DNA of 64,000 bases, taken from Candidatus Bathyarchaeota archaeon. Lineage in GTDB: Archaea > Thermoproteota > Bathyarchaeia > Bathyarchaeales > Bathycorpusculaceae. The translations under genes were made by a program, and so were the position numbers. The stretch's first letter is position 1. Every line of letters begins with the position of its first letter. The notes beneath the pieces were generated by a model. The model made no database searches. It was not told the DNA's origin and saw only the letters and a list, made by a program, of their open reading frames with translations. The stretch lies in assembly GCA_963720565.1 (NCBI GenBank), contig CAVRFW010000003.1:32001-96000 (forward strand). The letters are read 5' to 3'. This document shows positions 29,503 to 40,942 of the stretch, in pieces.

Positions 29503-29736
29503 TTGATGCCGGCAATTAGAACTTGGAAAACCCGACCTACTTACTTTGTAGTGCTGGAAATACTCAACAAGAAAGGCGATATGACTGATGATGATCTTTT
29601 CGACGATTTGAAAGAGGAGTTTGAAGACGTGGGATACAAAGATTTCAACGATATCCTTTTGATGTTAGAGGTCAGCGGTAAAGTCCGCATTTCCTCCATG
29701 TCTCGTGGAAAGAGACGCGTAGAACTTGTTCAGTAA
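29503..29736 (+). CDS. Small winged-helix-like hypothetical protein
   Basis: 77 aa, AGGAG SD, co-oriented with cdc48; helix-helix-helix-wing pattern (LMLEVSGKVRI). Confidence 0.7.
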   Translation: MMPAIRTWKTRPTYFVVLEILNKKGDMTDDDLFDDLKEEFEDVGYKDFNDILLMLEVSGKVRISSMSRGKRRVELVQ

Positions 29737-29776
29737 GCCAAATACAATTTTGGGCAACCTGCAATCATCGAAATAT

Positions 29777-30994
29777 ATGAAAGACATTGTAGTTGTCGGG
29801 GGCGGACCTTCAGGCTCCTTCACAGCACTAAACTTGGCTAAGATGGGTGCTAAAGTTACAGTATTTGAGGAGCACGAAAAAATCGGCTTGCCCTCGCATT
29901 GTGCAGGGCACATCAGTATTCGAAGCTTGAAAAACTTGGGGCTGTATCCACTTCCTGAAAGCATCCTCGAAAACACCTTTTCCCAAGCCAACTTCTATTC
30001 TCCAACAGGTTTCAAATTTTCCGTTCACCTCGGAAAGCCGGTTACTTGCTCTCTTAACCGTGAAGCTTTCGACAAGCTCATAGCAGAAAAAGCTGAAGCT
30101 GCTGGAGCAAGTTACCATCTAAAATCTCGTGTTCAATCCCTAATAGTAAAGAATAATGTCGTTAAAGGCGTGACTGTTAAGCAAAGTGGCGGCACAGAGA
30201 AGAGTGTTCCGGCCAAAATTGTGGTTGATGCTGAAGGCATTTCTTCCAGGCTTCTGAGGCAAGCTGGTTTATCGCCATTTAATCGTAACAGCCTTGTTTA
30301 CACCGTTGAGGCCGAAGTGGAAGGCGTCAAAGACATGGAACTTAACGCTGTTGATGTCTATATGGGTAAAATGTTTGCCCCAGGTTTTTACGCATGGCTT
30401 ATTCCAAGGTTTGACGGAACCGCGAAAGTAGGGCTCGCAACAAAAAGTGGGAATCCCAAAGAATCCTTAACGTGGCTCATGTCGAATCATCCAGGAGCCA
30501 CTAAGAAACTCGGAAGGGCGAAAATCACTCAAACCTCATTTCATTCAATATCTTTGGGCGGAACCATATCCAAAGCCTTTTCAAGTGGGTTCATAGCCGT
30601 GGGCGATGCAGCTTCCCAAATTAAACCAACCACAGGAGGAGGGGTGATCTTCGGCCTAACATGTGCACGTATCGCAGCGCAAGTCATCAATGAGGCTTTA
30701 GAGAAGAATGACGTGTCCTCAGCTTTTCTCCAGTTATACCAGCAACGTTGTAGGGAGACTTTGGGTTTCGACCTTAATGTTATGTTAAGGATAAGACATT
30801 TTCTAGATTCACTTTCAGACGAGAAAGTTGACAGGGTTCTGCGATTCTGCGCGAAATTTGGTCTATCCGAAACATTGGCAAACGTCGACGAAATAGACTT
30901 TCAGGGACAGACACTTCTAAAAGTCTTGACTAAGCCTTCTGTTTTTGTTGCTCTAACATATTTTATGCTGCTTTATTTATCCGTAAACCCTTAA
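29777..30994 (+). CDS. Geranylgeranyl reductase family flavoprotein
   Basis: VVGGGPSG, PSHCAG, DAEG, YAWLIP, GDAA...PTTGGG. The likely start is the ATG at 29777. Confidence 0.88.
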   Translation: MKDIVVVGGGPSGSFTALNLAKMGAKVTVFEEHEKIGLPSHCAGHISIRSLKNLGLYPLPESILENTFSQANFYSPTGFKFSVHLGKPVTCSLNREAFDKLIAEKAEAAGASYHLKSRVQSLIVKNNVVKGVTVKQSGGTEKSVPAKIVVDAEGISSRLLRQAGLSPFNRNSLVYTVEAEVEGVKDMELNAVDVYMGKMFAPGFYAWLIPRFDGTAKVGLATKSGNPKESLTWLMSNHPGATKKLGRAKITQTSFHSISLGGTISKAFSSGFIAVGDAASQIKPTTGGGVIFGLTCARIAAQVINEALEKNDVSSAFLQLYQQRCRETLGFDLNVMLRIRHFLDSLSDEKVDRVLRFCAKFGLSETLANVDEIDFQGQTLLKVLTKPSVFVALTYFMLLYLSVNP

Positions 30995-31039
30995 GACTCC
31001 GGGGAAGCAAACTGGTAGAGATGGTGGGAAAGAAATATT

Positions 31040-31402
31040 ATGGTTGAATTTGAGTATAAACAAGTCCTCGTTTTTCGTTCGGATTTGAAGCTGAGCAAAG
31101 GAAAACTGGCTGCTCAAGCTGGACACGCGGCGGTTTCTACAGCGGAGGAAGCCCGGAAACGCCACAGGGACTGGTGGGAATCTTGGATGTTCGAGGGGCA
31201 ACGCAAGATAGCCGTTAAGGTCAAGGACGAAACAGAACTTTCGGAGCTTGAGGAAGAAGCAGGTAACTTGGGTTTGCCTCATGCTTTGATTGTTGATCGT
31301 GGCCTAACGGAGATACCTGAAGGCACGGTCACCTGTCTTGGGATTGGCCCCGCACCTGCGGAAAAAATAGACCGCCTAACGGGGAGGCTATCCTTACTAT
31401 AG
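31040..31402 (+). CDS. pth2: Peptidyl-tRNA hydrolase Pth2
   Basis: KGKLAAQAGHA, GQRKI, DRGLTE, GIGP. Confidence 0.95.
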   Translation: MVEFEYKQVLVFRSDLKLSKGKLAAQAGHAAVSTAEEARKRHRDWWESWMFEGQRKIAVKVKDETELSELEEEAGNLGLPHALIVDRGLTEIPEGTVTCLGIGPAPAEKIDRLTGRLSLL

Positions 31403-31423
31403 TTTTTTGGCGAGTGCCCACAT

Positions 31424-32800
31424 TTGTCTGTCCCGAAGCTTGAAGAACTACTTGGTATAGGAGTTTACGCCTCCAAAACATCAGGCATTAATGGAGTCAT
31501 CAAGCAATCTGTTGACGATTTCGTTGTAGAAGAGGTTCTTGTCGATGGTTCAAAAGCCCAAATTGACAATTCCACAGAGAAACCCGCTTTGGGAGCGACG
31601 CTTGCAAAACAGCGATATCTGCTTTGTGTCTTGGTAAAACGCGGCTGGGACACATTCATCGCAGTCAAAAACATAGCCCAGCAACTATGCAAAAGTCAAA
31701 ATCAAATTCAAATCGCAGGAATAAAAGACGGTAAAGCACTAACTGCCCAATACATAACAATCGAACAAGCTTCAATGGCAGACACTGCCAATGTAACTGT
31801 AAAAGACATAGAGCTTCGTCCAGTAGGATACCTCCGCGAAGCATTGTCTACTTATTACCTATTAGGCAACAGCTTCAGAATAAAAATAAGGGATATTCGC
31901 AAATCAGAATCAGATGTCAAAAAACAGATTGCAGATACGATCCAAGAGCTTGAGCTTGCCGGTGGAATTCCCAATTTCTTTGGGCACCAACGTTTCGGAA
32001 CAACTCGTCCTATAACGCATTTGGTGGGGAAAGCCCTCGTCAAAGGAGATTTTGGCGAAGCAGCTATGATATTTCTGGCTAAACCCAGCTCTTTTGAACA
32101 CCCCGCATCCATGCAAGTGCGCAAGGAGCTTGAGGCAACTCAGGATTTCAAACAGGCATTGAAAGACTTTCCCAAACAGCTTCGATATGAAAGGATGATG
32201 CTTTCACATCTAGTCCAGAAGCAAGATGACTTTGTGGGCGCCTTCAAACGGCTGCCTCCTAAGCTCCAGTCGCTTTTTGTTCAAGCTTACCAATCATACT
32301 TGTTTAATCTTTTCTTGACTGCGAGAATCAAAAAAGGAATCCCTTTGAGCGCAGCCGAAGTTGGAGACTGGGTAATTGGCGTTGAGCGTTCAAACCTGCC
32401 CATGGTAAACATGGCTAAAATTGTCAGTGTAGACAATTTTGCGGATATTTCTTACTTGTTGAAGAATGGAAAAATGCGGGTTGCCCTGCCCATCGTTGGA
32501 CGCAAACCCCGCCTCTCCCAAGGTAGCATGGCAGAAACAGAGAAGAAGATTCTTGAGGCTGAGGGAATTAGAGCAGAGGACTTTGAGATTAGTTCTGCGC
32601 GTAGCATGGGGGCAAGAGGCGGATTGCGAGCTGTCGTTGCTCCAGTTCGAGACTTCAAATTACAATCAGTTTCAGCTAGTGTTGACAACAAAAAGAGGTG
32701 CGAAGCCACATTGAATTTTGTTTTGCTGAGAGGATGTTATGCAACGGTTCTTCTGAGGGAGATAATGAAACCACGCAACCCAATAGGATCCGGATTCTAG
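31424..32800 (+). CDS. truD: tRNA pseudouridine(13) synthase TruD
   Basis: DFVVEE, AGIKD, PNFFGHQRFG, AYQSYLFN, GCYATVLLRE. Confidence 0.93.
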   Translation: MSVPKLEELLGIGVYASKTSGINGVIKQSVDDFVVEEVLVDGSKAQIDNSTEKPALGATLAKQRYLLCVLVKRGWDTFIAVKNIAQQLCKSQNQIQIAGIKDGKALTAQYITIEQASMADTANVTVKDIELRPVGYLREALSTYYLLGNSFRIKIRDIRKSESDVKKQIADTIQELELAGGIPNFFGHQRFGTTRPITHLVGKALVKGDFGEAAMIFLAKPSSFEHPASMQVRKELEATQDFKQALKDFPKQLRYERMMLSHLVQKQDDFVGAFKRLPPKLQSLFVQAYQSYLFNLFLTARIKKGIPLSAAEVGDWVIGVERSNLPMVNMAKIVSVDNFADISYLLKNGKMRVALPIVGRKPRLSQGSMAETEKKILEAEGIRAEDFEISSARSMGARGGLRAVVAPVRDFKLQSVSASVDNKKRCEATLNFVLLRGCYATVLLREIMKPRNPIGSGF

Positions 32801-32897
32801 GATTAGAAATCAAACTTGTTTTCTTCTTTTCTTATTTCGAGGCTGCCTTCTCGGTTATGTTATGGCAACAATATACTCAAAAGCTTCCGAGGCACTC

Positions 32898-33673
<776 letters not shown>

Positions 33674-33761
33674 ATTCTTGGTTCCACCCAAGCAAACACG
33701 GCCAGTGGCTATGTTAGTCTGTTTGCTTTGAAATAAATCTTTTCAGCAAGACCCCGACAAC

Positions 33762-34460
33762 TCAGTCTATTCTGATTATTTTGGGAATTTTGCCTGCAGT
33801 TCCTACATGCCCTCTATATACAACCAGGGCTCCTTCAACACCCAGTATCGACATTGCTCTGTCTAATCCATGTTGGATGGCAATTCTTTGATCAATCCCT
33901 TTTACAATGTTCCCTACTGCGGTGGCCGCTGCATCCGCTAATCCTGCGTCGCTGCAAAAGACCGTTGCGGCTTCAGCGTCGCCAAAACTTAATGCATGGC
34001 TGAAACGACCAGAACTTGTTGCAACCCCAATTGGAAACTCTGTCAATCTGAAACCAAAACGTCTTGACAATGGTTCATCTCCTGCTGCAAGTGCTACATC
34101 TATCGGCTTTTTTGACACCGCCGATATTTCCCCTCCGTTTTCCACAACTGCTACATCACAACCTACTTTGAGCATATCCTTGACTGCCAGGTCAGCAAGA
34201 ACACCTGCAACAGCTGCCATGGGCCCAACATTTGCCCTTTCAGCTGCCTTTGCCATTAGTTTGGCTATTAAGGGTTCATCTGGTGCAGGAAAAGGTTCAA
34301 GTGTATATGAAAATTTAGGGTGAGTTTCAATATATTGTTCGAGTTGTTGTCGGTGAATTTTAATTGCTTCCCCAGCTGCCTGAATGCCTTCTGGTTTATC
34401 TGCGATTATTGTGCATTTTGTTTCCCTAAACTGGAAAGGCTCTTTGAGCAGTTTCTTCAT
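33762..34460 (-). CDS. UPF0280/ApbE-like protein (MA1715-type, sulfide assimilation)
   Basis: VGPMAAVAG, ENGGEI, ATSSG, SFGDAEA, ADAAATAVGN. Confidence 0.88.
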   Translation of the reverse strand: MKKLLKEPFQFRETKCTIIADKPEGIQAAGEAIKIHRQQLEQYIETHPKFSYTLEPFPAPDEPLIAKLMAKAAERANVGPMAAVAGVLADLAVKDMLKVGCDVAVVENGGEISAVSKKPIDVALAAGDEPLSRRFGFRLTEFPIGVATSSGRFSHALSFGDAEAATVFCSDAGLADAAATAVGNIVKGIDQRIAIQHGLDRAMSILGVEGALVVYRGHVGTAGKIPKIIRID

Positions 34461-34477
34461 CGCTAGTTTCCGTCAAA

Positions 34478-34909
34478 CTATTTTTGCGTGTTTCCGGTCC
34501 CAAGTTCTGAGTTGCTCTGCTTCACTGATTTTATTGCTCGCGCTGGACACGCGTCAACACATACGCTGCACGTGCTGCCCACACATTTTTCTTTACTGAA
34601 AACAATTGATGCGTCCTTGTCTACTGTAATTGCTTCTACTGGACACAATGCAACACAAGCACCACAGCTGACGCATTTTTCGTTGTCAACTTCGATTAGC
34701 TTCGGCAGGCTAACAGTAGCTCCACGTTTGCGGAACGCTTTAATTATCTTATCAAGGGATTCATCTGGTACTTCTGCTAAGACCTCGCCGCCCTTCGAAT
34801 TTACATGTGCAGTAATAATGTTGATGGGCACTTTTAACTCAAGCACTATCTGCGACGTAATTGGCTCTTCAACAATCTTCTCTGAGAATCTAAGCAAAAT
34901 TCGCACCAT
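34478..34909 (-). CDS. NIL domain + 2x[4Fe-4S] ferredoxin (aspartate-semialdehyde sulfurtransferase Fe-S subunit, MA1822-type)
   Basis: NIL-like N-terminus (PINIITA), CVSCGACVALCP and CVGSTCSVCVDACP; lies directly downstream of the DUF39-CBS gene. Confidence 0.85.
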   Translation of the reverse strand: MVRILLRFSEKIVEEPITSQIVLELKVPINIITAHVNSKGGEVLAEVPDESLDKIIKAFRKRGATVSLPKLIEVDNEKCVSCGACVALCPVEAITVDKDASIVFSKEKCVGSTCSVCVDACPARAIKSVKQSNSELGTGNTQK

Positions 34910-34916
34910 TCAGTCG

Positions 34917-36425
34917 TCACCTTCCCAGAAGCTTAGAAACGTCCTCAGCTGTGACAATTCCCAACACTCTTGATTCATTATCAATCACGGGCAAAGCAGA
35001 AATGTTGTGTTGTGCCATCCGCTTCGACGCAGTCTCCAAAGGCTCGTCCAGTCTTGCTGTTATTACACGTCGCGTTACAATGTCGGCAAGAGCTTTTTTG
35101 CCCTGAGCCAAAGCACGCGTAATATCCCACGAGGTCACTATACCCTTGAGCTTCTCGGTGGAGTCAACTACTACTATGTGATTGACAGATTTCGTTACAA
35201 TTCGCTCGGCTATGGCTTGAATTGCCTCCTCTTCCTTACACGTAACCGCTTTTTGCATTACGTTAGCAACAAAGGACGTCTCCTCAGTCTGTTTCATTGG
35301 TTTGAATGTGGAGTCAAGCGGTAGCCTTTCAACAGGCGCAGACAAATAGAACTCGCCATTCTCAATCCAAGTTTTCAATGTTGCTGCAACTTTCCTCGCC
35401 GTTTTTAGGCTCGAAAGTGAACTAACCCTGATTCCTTTTCCATTCACGGTTATTGTGCCCGACTTTAGTTCCTTGTAGCTAACTCTTGCCAGCTTGGGGC
35501 GGTCCTTTCGCGGTACGCCATAGTCAACAACACTGGTGAAGATATTTTCATCCCGAATCGCCGTTTTCTTTGCTAGCCCCTCATTCAAAATCGGGATAGG
35601 TATTCCCAGTCCAACATAAAGCGTTGTACCGTATCGCGAGTAAGTCGCGCCTCGCAGAAACTCGGAACTCATCTTTTTTGCGTTTCCGCGGACCATGAGG
35701 GTTCCATTTTGGGTTTGTGCCTCATGTTGTGTTCCTTCCCCGATAACGTAACCTTGTGTTCCGCCCAAAAGAATTCGCGTTCCAATGCCTATTGTCTCGT
35801 AGTCAGGATCATTCATTAGTGGATTCAGTTCTCCTGCACCCGAGTAAGTGGCATTTTTCATCCGCGGAAGCAATTTACCCATGTACGTGTAAATTGTCTC
35901 ATCGCGACCATTCACGGCACAATTGTAGCGTTGATAGCAATTACGAAAGTTTAGCAGGTAAAACTGGTTCAAATCGTCCTTGGTGAGGTTGGTCTTTATT
36001 TGGGTCCTTGGGTAGCAGTCAGTACCATAGGAAGAGGCTCTAAGTTCAACCTCTTTTCCGTTAACTAGGTCTTCGATTAAATGCCCTCCGCCGTACTCAA
36101 AAGGTTGTCTTTCCGACATAGCAGTGGCACCAATATACAGGTCCACTGCAGCGCCAGGATGACAGATTGGAACGTCGTTGATCCAGGCTTTCTCAATTTT
36201 AATAGGCGGATCTGAATGCCCAACATTTATGATAGCGCCTGAGGAACACATCGCTCCAAAAGTGCCGGTTGTTACCACATCAACTTCTCGAAAAGCAACT
36301 TCCACACCGCTGCTATCCACGAGGCGCTTCATTTCTTCAGCGGTTAAAACTTGGGCATCGCCCTTTCTTATTTTCTCATTTATTTCCTCGATGGTTCGAG
36401 TTTTCTGTTTGGGTTTGAGTTTCGT
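34917..36425 (-). CDS. L-aspartate-semialdehyde sulfurtransferase / homocysteine biosynthesis protein (DUF39 + CBS pair, MA1821-type)
   Basis: VDVVTTGTFGAMCSSG, YGTDCYPR, RNCYQRY and a C-terminal CBS pair. The open frame extends upstream of ATG 36332 to an ACG at 36425 and encodes the family-typical RTIEEINEKIRKGDAQVLTAEEM. The start codon is uncertain. Confidence 0.88.
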   Translation of the reverse strand, partial: TKLKPKQKTRTIEEINEKIRKGDAQVLTAEEMKRLVDSSGVEVAFREVDVVTTGTFGAMCSSGAIINVGHSDPPIKIEKAWINDVPICHPGAAVDLYIGATAMSERQPFEYGGGHLIEDLVNGKEVELRASSYGTDCYPRTQIKTNLTKDDLNQFYLLNFRNCYQRYNCAVNGRDETIYTYMGKLLPRMKNATYSGAGELNPLMNDPDYETIGIGTRILLGGTQGYVIGEGTQHEAQTQNGTLMVRGNAKKMSSEFLRGATYSRYGTTLYVGLGIPIPILNEGLAKKTAIRDENIFTSVVDYGVPRKDRPKLARVSYKELKSGTITVNGKGIRVSSLSSLKTARKVAATLKTWIENGEFYLSAPVERLPLDSTFKPMKQTEETSFVANVMQKAVTCKEEEAIQAIAERIVTKSVNHIVVVDSTEKLKGIVTSWDITRALAQGKKALADIVTRRVITARLDEPLETASKRMAQHNISALPVIDNESRVLGIVTAEDVSKLLGR

Positions 36426-36493
36426 TTACCTCCAACCAATGCCAACCGAATGGATTAACCGCGTATTAATACCTTTTGATACGTGGGATAGTC

Positions 36494-39400
36494 TCACCAG
36501 AGCTTCCACGGTAACTCATCCATGTACTCATTCAAAGAACGAATCTCCGCGATCTCATTGCCTTTCTTCTTCAGGACGTCCACAAGGGCAGAAGCCAATT
36601 CCAAATTAGTAATCACAGGAACGTTAAACTCCACAGCCTGTCTGCGAATAATATATCCATCCGTAAGCACGTCAGAGTAACTTTTCTGCTTGTTACCCAT
36701 CGGCACGTTAATGACTAGATCAATCTTCCTCTCTTGAAGATAATCCAGAATGTTCGGAGAAGCGCTCTCTTCTTTTATCTTGTGAAGAACAGAGACGCTG
36801 TTTATGCCTGCGCCACGCAACACGTCGGCCGTATGCGCTGTCGCATAAATCTTGAAGCCCATCTCCTCGAAAGCTCTCGCTATGGGTATAACTCTTCTCT
36901 TCGGCTCCTCGCCTCCGATGGTTATTAGCACCGAACCACCCTTCGGAGGGATGTGAAACTCCGCAGCCTGCAAAGCCTTAGAGAAAGCCTCAGCAAAATT
37001 CATGCCCAAACACGCCACCTCACCAGTGCTCAGCATCTCAACACCTAGGACCGGATCTGCCCCGCTTAAACGCATGAAACTGAACTGGGGCACTTTCACG
37101 CCCACGTGAGGTGTAGGTGGTAGCCCACAGGTCTTAAGTTCCTCAAATTTCTTGCCAAGCATAGCCAGCGTTGCAAGTTCGATTAGGTTGATTCCGCGCG
37201 TCTTGCTCACAAAAGGCATGGAACGCGAAGCTCTAAGGTTGCATTCGATAACGTATACTGCCCCGTCTTTCACGAGATATTGAATATTGTATGGACCTTT
37301 AATTTTCAGCGCATTCACTATCTTCTTGGTGGCGTCCTCAATCTTCTCTTGAACTTCAACCGAAAGCGTATGCGGTGGAATACTCATTGTTGCATCGCCG
37401 CTATGAACACCAGCATTCTCAACGTGCTCCATAATTGAGCCGATCAAGCAAGTATTGCCGTCGTAGACTCCGTCTACTTCAACCTCCCTAGCTTTGTCCA
37501 CAAACTTCGAAATCACCACGGGATGGTCACGGGAAACCTTCGCTGCCAAATTCAGAAAATTCTCCAGTGCCGTCTCGTTGTAAGCCACACGCATCGCTGA
37601 ACCTGACAGCACATAGCTCGGGCGAACAATCGCTGGGTAGCCTATCTTCTCAGCGAAAATCTTAGCCTCATCAATCGAAGTGAGTTTGCTCCACCTCGGC
37701 TGTGGAATCCCCAACTGATCCAACAACGCACTGAACTTTGATCGATCTTCCGCCACATCTACGTCTTCCGCCGACGTTCCAAGCAGCTTCACTCCCGAAT
37801 GAGCCAGCTTCATCGCCAAATTATTCGGGATTTGGCCGCCAACGCTGGTTATGACTCCCAAAGGATCTTCCTTCTCGTAAATGTCCAAGATTCTCTCAAT
37901 GCTAAGCTCTTCAAAGTACAACTTATCGGAGACATCGTAGTCCGTTGAAACTGTTTCAGGATTGTAGTTGATCATTATGGCTTCTTTTATACCGTTTTTC
38001 TTCAAAGCCCATATAGTGTTAACGGCACACCAATCAAACTCCACGCTTGAGCCAATACGAAAGACCCCTGCACCCAGCACGATGACTTTGCTCTTGCCCT
38101 GGACTAGTTCTATGTCGTCCTCATCTCCACCGTAGGTGAGGTAGAGATAGTTGGTCTTTGCTGGCCATTCAGCTGCCAAAGTGTCTATCTGTTTGATAAC
38201 AGGAACGATGCCTGCTGTCTTCCGGAATTGACGCACTTCAAACTCATTGGCACCCGTGCAAAAGGCAATCTGTTCGTCTGAGAAGCCTAGACGCTTTGCT
38301 TCGCGCACGGTCTCTGCAGCGGTGCTATCTCTTAGATGCAATGTGCGAAGTTCCGTTTCCATGTTGATGATGTTCTGGATTTTGTGCAGGAAGAAGGGGT
38401 CGACTCCGCTAAGATCATAAATTTCCTCTATCGAAACACCCATCTTCAACGCCTTGACTAGCTCGAAGAGTCTCTCGTCAGTGGGATTTGCGACCGCTTC
38501 CCTAGCGCTCTCCTGCGACTCGGGCTGCGCGTCTTCTTCGTTGCAGACAAGCCCAATCTTGCCCGTGTCCAACATCCGCACCGCCTTCTGCAAAGCCTCT
38601 TCAAAGCATCGCCCAATAGCCATTACTTCGCCGACGGAACGCATTTGTGGGCCCACATGGCGATCTGCATTCTTGAATTTCTGCAGGTCCCACCTTGGAA
38701 TTTTTATCGTGATGTAGTCCAAAGCAGGCTCGAAGCAGGCAGTGGTAACTTCTGTTACTTTGTTTATCAACTCTGGGAGCGTATAACCTATCGTCAGCTT
38801 AGTGGCTATGTAAGCCAACGGGTAGCCCGTGACTTTGCTGGCGAGCGCTGAGCTTCTCGACATACGTGAGTTGACCTCTATGACACGGTATTCCTCTGAC
38901 TTCGGGTGCAATGCCCATTGGATGTTGCATTCGCCGACTATGCCTAAAGCGCGTATGGCATTTATTGATGTGGAGCGGATAAGGTGGTATTCGCGGTTTG
39001 TAAGGGTCTGTGAGGGCGCTACGACGATGCTGTCTCCTGTATGAACGCCCATGGGGTCAAAGTTTTCCATGTTGCAGACAGTTAAGCAATTGTCTGCGCA
39101 GTCCCGCATTACCTCATATTCTACCTCTTTCCAGTGCCCAACATACTCTTCCACGAGCACTTGGGTTATTCTGCTCTGTGCCAGGCCGCGAGATACGATG
39201 TCCTTTAGCTCCTGAGCGTTATGAGCTACTCCCGCGCCTTTGCCGCCGAGAGTATACGCCACTCGAACTATGACGGGATAGCCGATTTCGCTGGCAACTT
39301 CAAGTGCTTCGCTGACTGTGCTTGCAGATTTGCTTTTCAACGGCGACACACCAGCGTTAAGCATTGCCTGTCTGAAACGCTCTCTGTCACCTGTGTCCTC

Positions 39401-39769
39401 TATAGCGCTGACTGGCGTTCCCAGAACCTTCACGCCGTGCTTTTCCAAGACACCGTTTTTTGCGAGTTCGATACCACAGTTCAGCGCTGTTTGCCCGCCG
39501 AAGCCTAAGAGGATGCCATCAGGCATCTCTTTCTGAATTACTTTTTCCACGTATTCTGGCGTCACTGGAAGAAGGTATACTTTGCCTGATAGGCGCGGAT
39601 CCGTTTGGATAGTAGCTATGTTGGGGTTCACAAGAATGGTTTCAATGCCTTCTTCCCTCAGCGCTTTGAGGCACTGGCTGCCAGAATAGTCGAATTCTGC
39701 TGCTTCACCGATTTTTATGGCGCCGCTTCCCAGAACCAACACTTTGTGTATCCAGTCGAACTTCGGCAT
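36494..39769 (-). CDS. carB: Carbamoyl-phosphate synthase large subunit
   Basis: GSGAIKIGEAAEFDYSG, two ATP-grasp halves, C-terminal MGS domain. Start at ATG 39769 or TTG 39778. Confidence 0.96.
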   Translation of the reverse strand: MPKFDWIHKVLVLGSGAIKIGEAAEFDYSGSQCLKALREEGIETILVNPNIATIQTDPRLSGKVYLLPVTPEYVEKVIQKEMPDGILLGFGGQTALNCGIELAKNGVLEKHGVKVLGTPVSAIEDTGDRERFRQAMLNAGVSPLKSKSASTVSEALEVASEIGYPVIVRVAYTLGGKGAGVAHNAQELKDIVSRGLAQSRITQVLVEEYVGHWKEVEYEVMRDCADNCLTVCNMENFDPMGVHTGDSIVVAPSQTLTNREYHLIRSTSINAIRALGIVGECNIQWALHPKSEEYRVIEVNSRMSRSSALASKVTGYPLAYIATKLTIGYTLPELINKVTEVTTACFEPALDYITIKIPRWDLQKFKNADRHVGPQMRSVGEVMAIGRCFEEALQKAVRMLDTGKIGLVCNEEDAQPESQESAREAVANPTDERLFELVKALKMGVSIEEIYDLSGVDPFFLHKIQNIINMETELRTLHLRDSTAAETVREAKRLGFSDEQIAFCTGANEFEVRQFRKTAGIVPVIKQIDTLAAEWPAKTNYLYLTYGGDEDDIELVQGKSKVIVLGAGVFRIGSSVEFDWCAVNTIWALKKNGIKEAIMINYNPETVSTDYDVSDKLYFEELSIERILDIYEKEDPLGVITSVGGQIPNNLAMKLAHSGVKLLGTSAEDVDVAEDRSKFSALLDQLGIPQPRWSKLTSIDEAKIFAEKIGYPAIVRPSYVLSGSAMRVAYNETALENFLNLAAKVSRDHPVVISKFVDKAREVEVDGVYDGNTCLIGSIMEHVENAGVHSGDATMSIPPHTLSVEVQEKIEDATKKIVNALKIKGPYNIQYLVKDGAVYVIECNLRASRSMPFVSKTRGINLIELATLAMLGKKFEELKTCGLPPTPHVGVKVPQFSFMRLSGADPVLGVEMLSTGEVACLGMNFAEAFSKALQAAEFHIPPKGGSVLITIGGEEPKRRVIPIARAFEEMGFKIYATAHTADVLRGAGINSVSVLHKIKEESASPNILDYLQERKIDLVINVPMGNKQKSYSDVLTDGYIIRRQAVEFNVPVITNLELASALVDVLKKKGNEIAEIRSLNEYMDELPWKLW

Positions 39770-39770
39770 T

Positions 39771-40933
39771 TTAGGCAACCTCAATCATGTTTGCGAAAGT
39801 ATCGAAGAGGAACTCGGTGTCATAAGGTCCTGGAGACGCCTCAGGATGCCACTGCACCGCAAAAACAGGTTTGGTTTTGTGTTTAACGCCTTCGATAGTT
39901 TTGTCGTTGGCGTTTATGAACCAGGGTTCCAGCGGTGTTTTGCAGAAACATTCTGTGTCGATGGCGTAGCCATGATTCTGGGTTGTAATGTAGCAGCGAT
40001 TGGTCTTCAGGTCCAATGCGGGCTGATTTTGGGAGCGATGGCCATATTTTAGTTTGTAAGTATCGCCACCAACTGCCAGTGCGAGTATTTGAGCGCCTAA
40101 GCATACGCCCATCAACGGAACTTTTTCGACGATTTCTCGAACACTTTCTACAGTCTTTACGCATTTTTTTGGATCACCTGGACCATTGCTAAGGAAAACT
40201 CCACTTGGATGGTAATCCATTATTTCTTTTGCCGAGAAATCATATGGGACTCGTACCACACTAATGCCGCGTGTTAGCAGGTTTCGTATGATGCCGAACT
40301 TTACTCCGCAGTCAATCAAGACAACTGTCTTTTTGCCTTCCGCTTCATAGCGTATGGGTTCTTTCACAGTCACTTCCCTGACCAAATCGGTCAAATTGGG
40401 GTCGGGGATGGTTTTTGCATGCTCTAAAAGCTCATTGAAATTGGGCTCTTCCCCAACATCGCAAACTTTCACAATCCCAAGCATAACACCGTGCGTTCTG
40501 AGCTTTTTGGTGAGGCGTCTGGTGTCAATACCATAGATTCCAGGTATGCCTTCGTCTGAAAGCCACTTATCAAGCGTCCGCGTTGAGGCCCAATGGTACG
40601 GCTCCAGACACAATTCATGTATGGCAAGAGCTCGCACTTGGATACGGTCTGACTCAAAGCAAAGTGGGATTCCCACGTTCGAGTCGTACGGTGGAACACC
40701 ATAATTGCCAATGAGCGGATAGGTTAGGCTTAGAATCTGCCCATTGTACGAGGGATCAGTGAGCGCTTCTGGATATCCAACCATGGATGTTGAAAACACA
40801 ACTTCGCCTGAAGCCTTTCCGTTTGCCCCAAAACCTTTGCCGCGAAAAAAGTGCCGTCTTCTAAGACTAGAACCGCTTTTCTTACTCTTGCCGGAACGAT
40901 GTTCTGGGACCAAAGCCCTATACTACCTACCAT
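39771..40933 (-). CDS. carA: Carbamoyl-phosphate synthase small subunit (frameshifted near 40848)
   Basis: KAVLVLEDG in ORF 40730-40933; GEVVF, TDPSY, SNGPGDP, GVCLG and QWHPE in ORF 39771-40913. The shift is at a T6 run. Confidence 0.92.
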
Positions 40934-40942
40934 TTTGAATTT

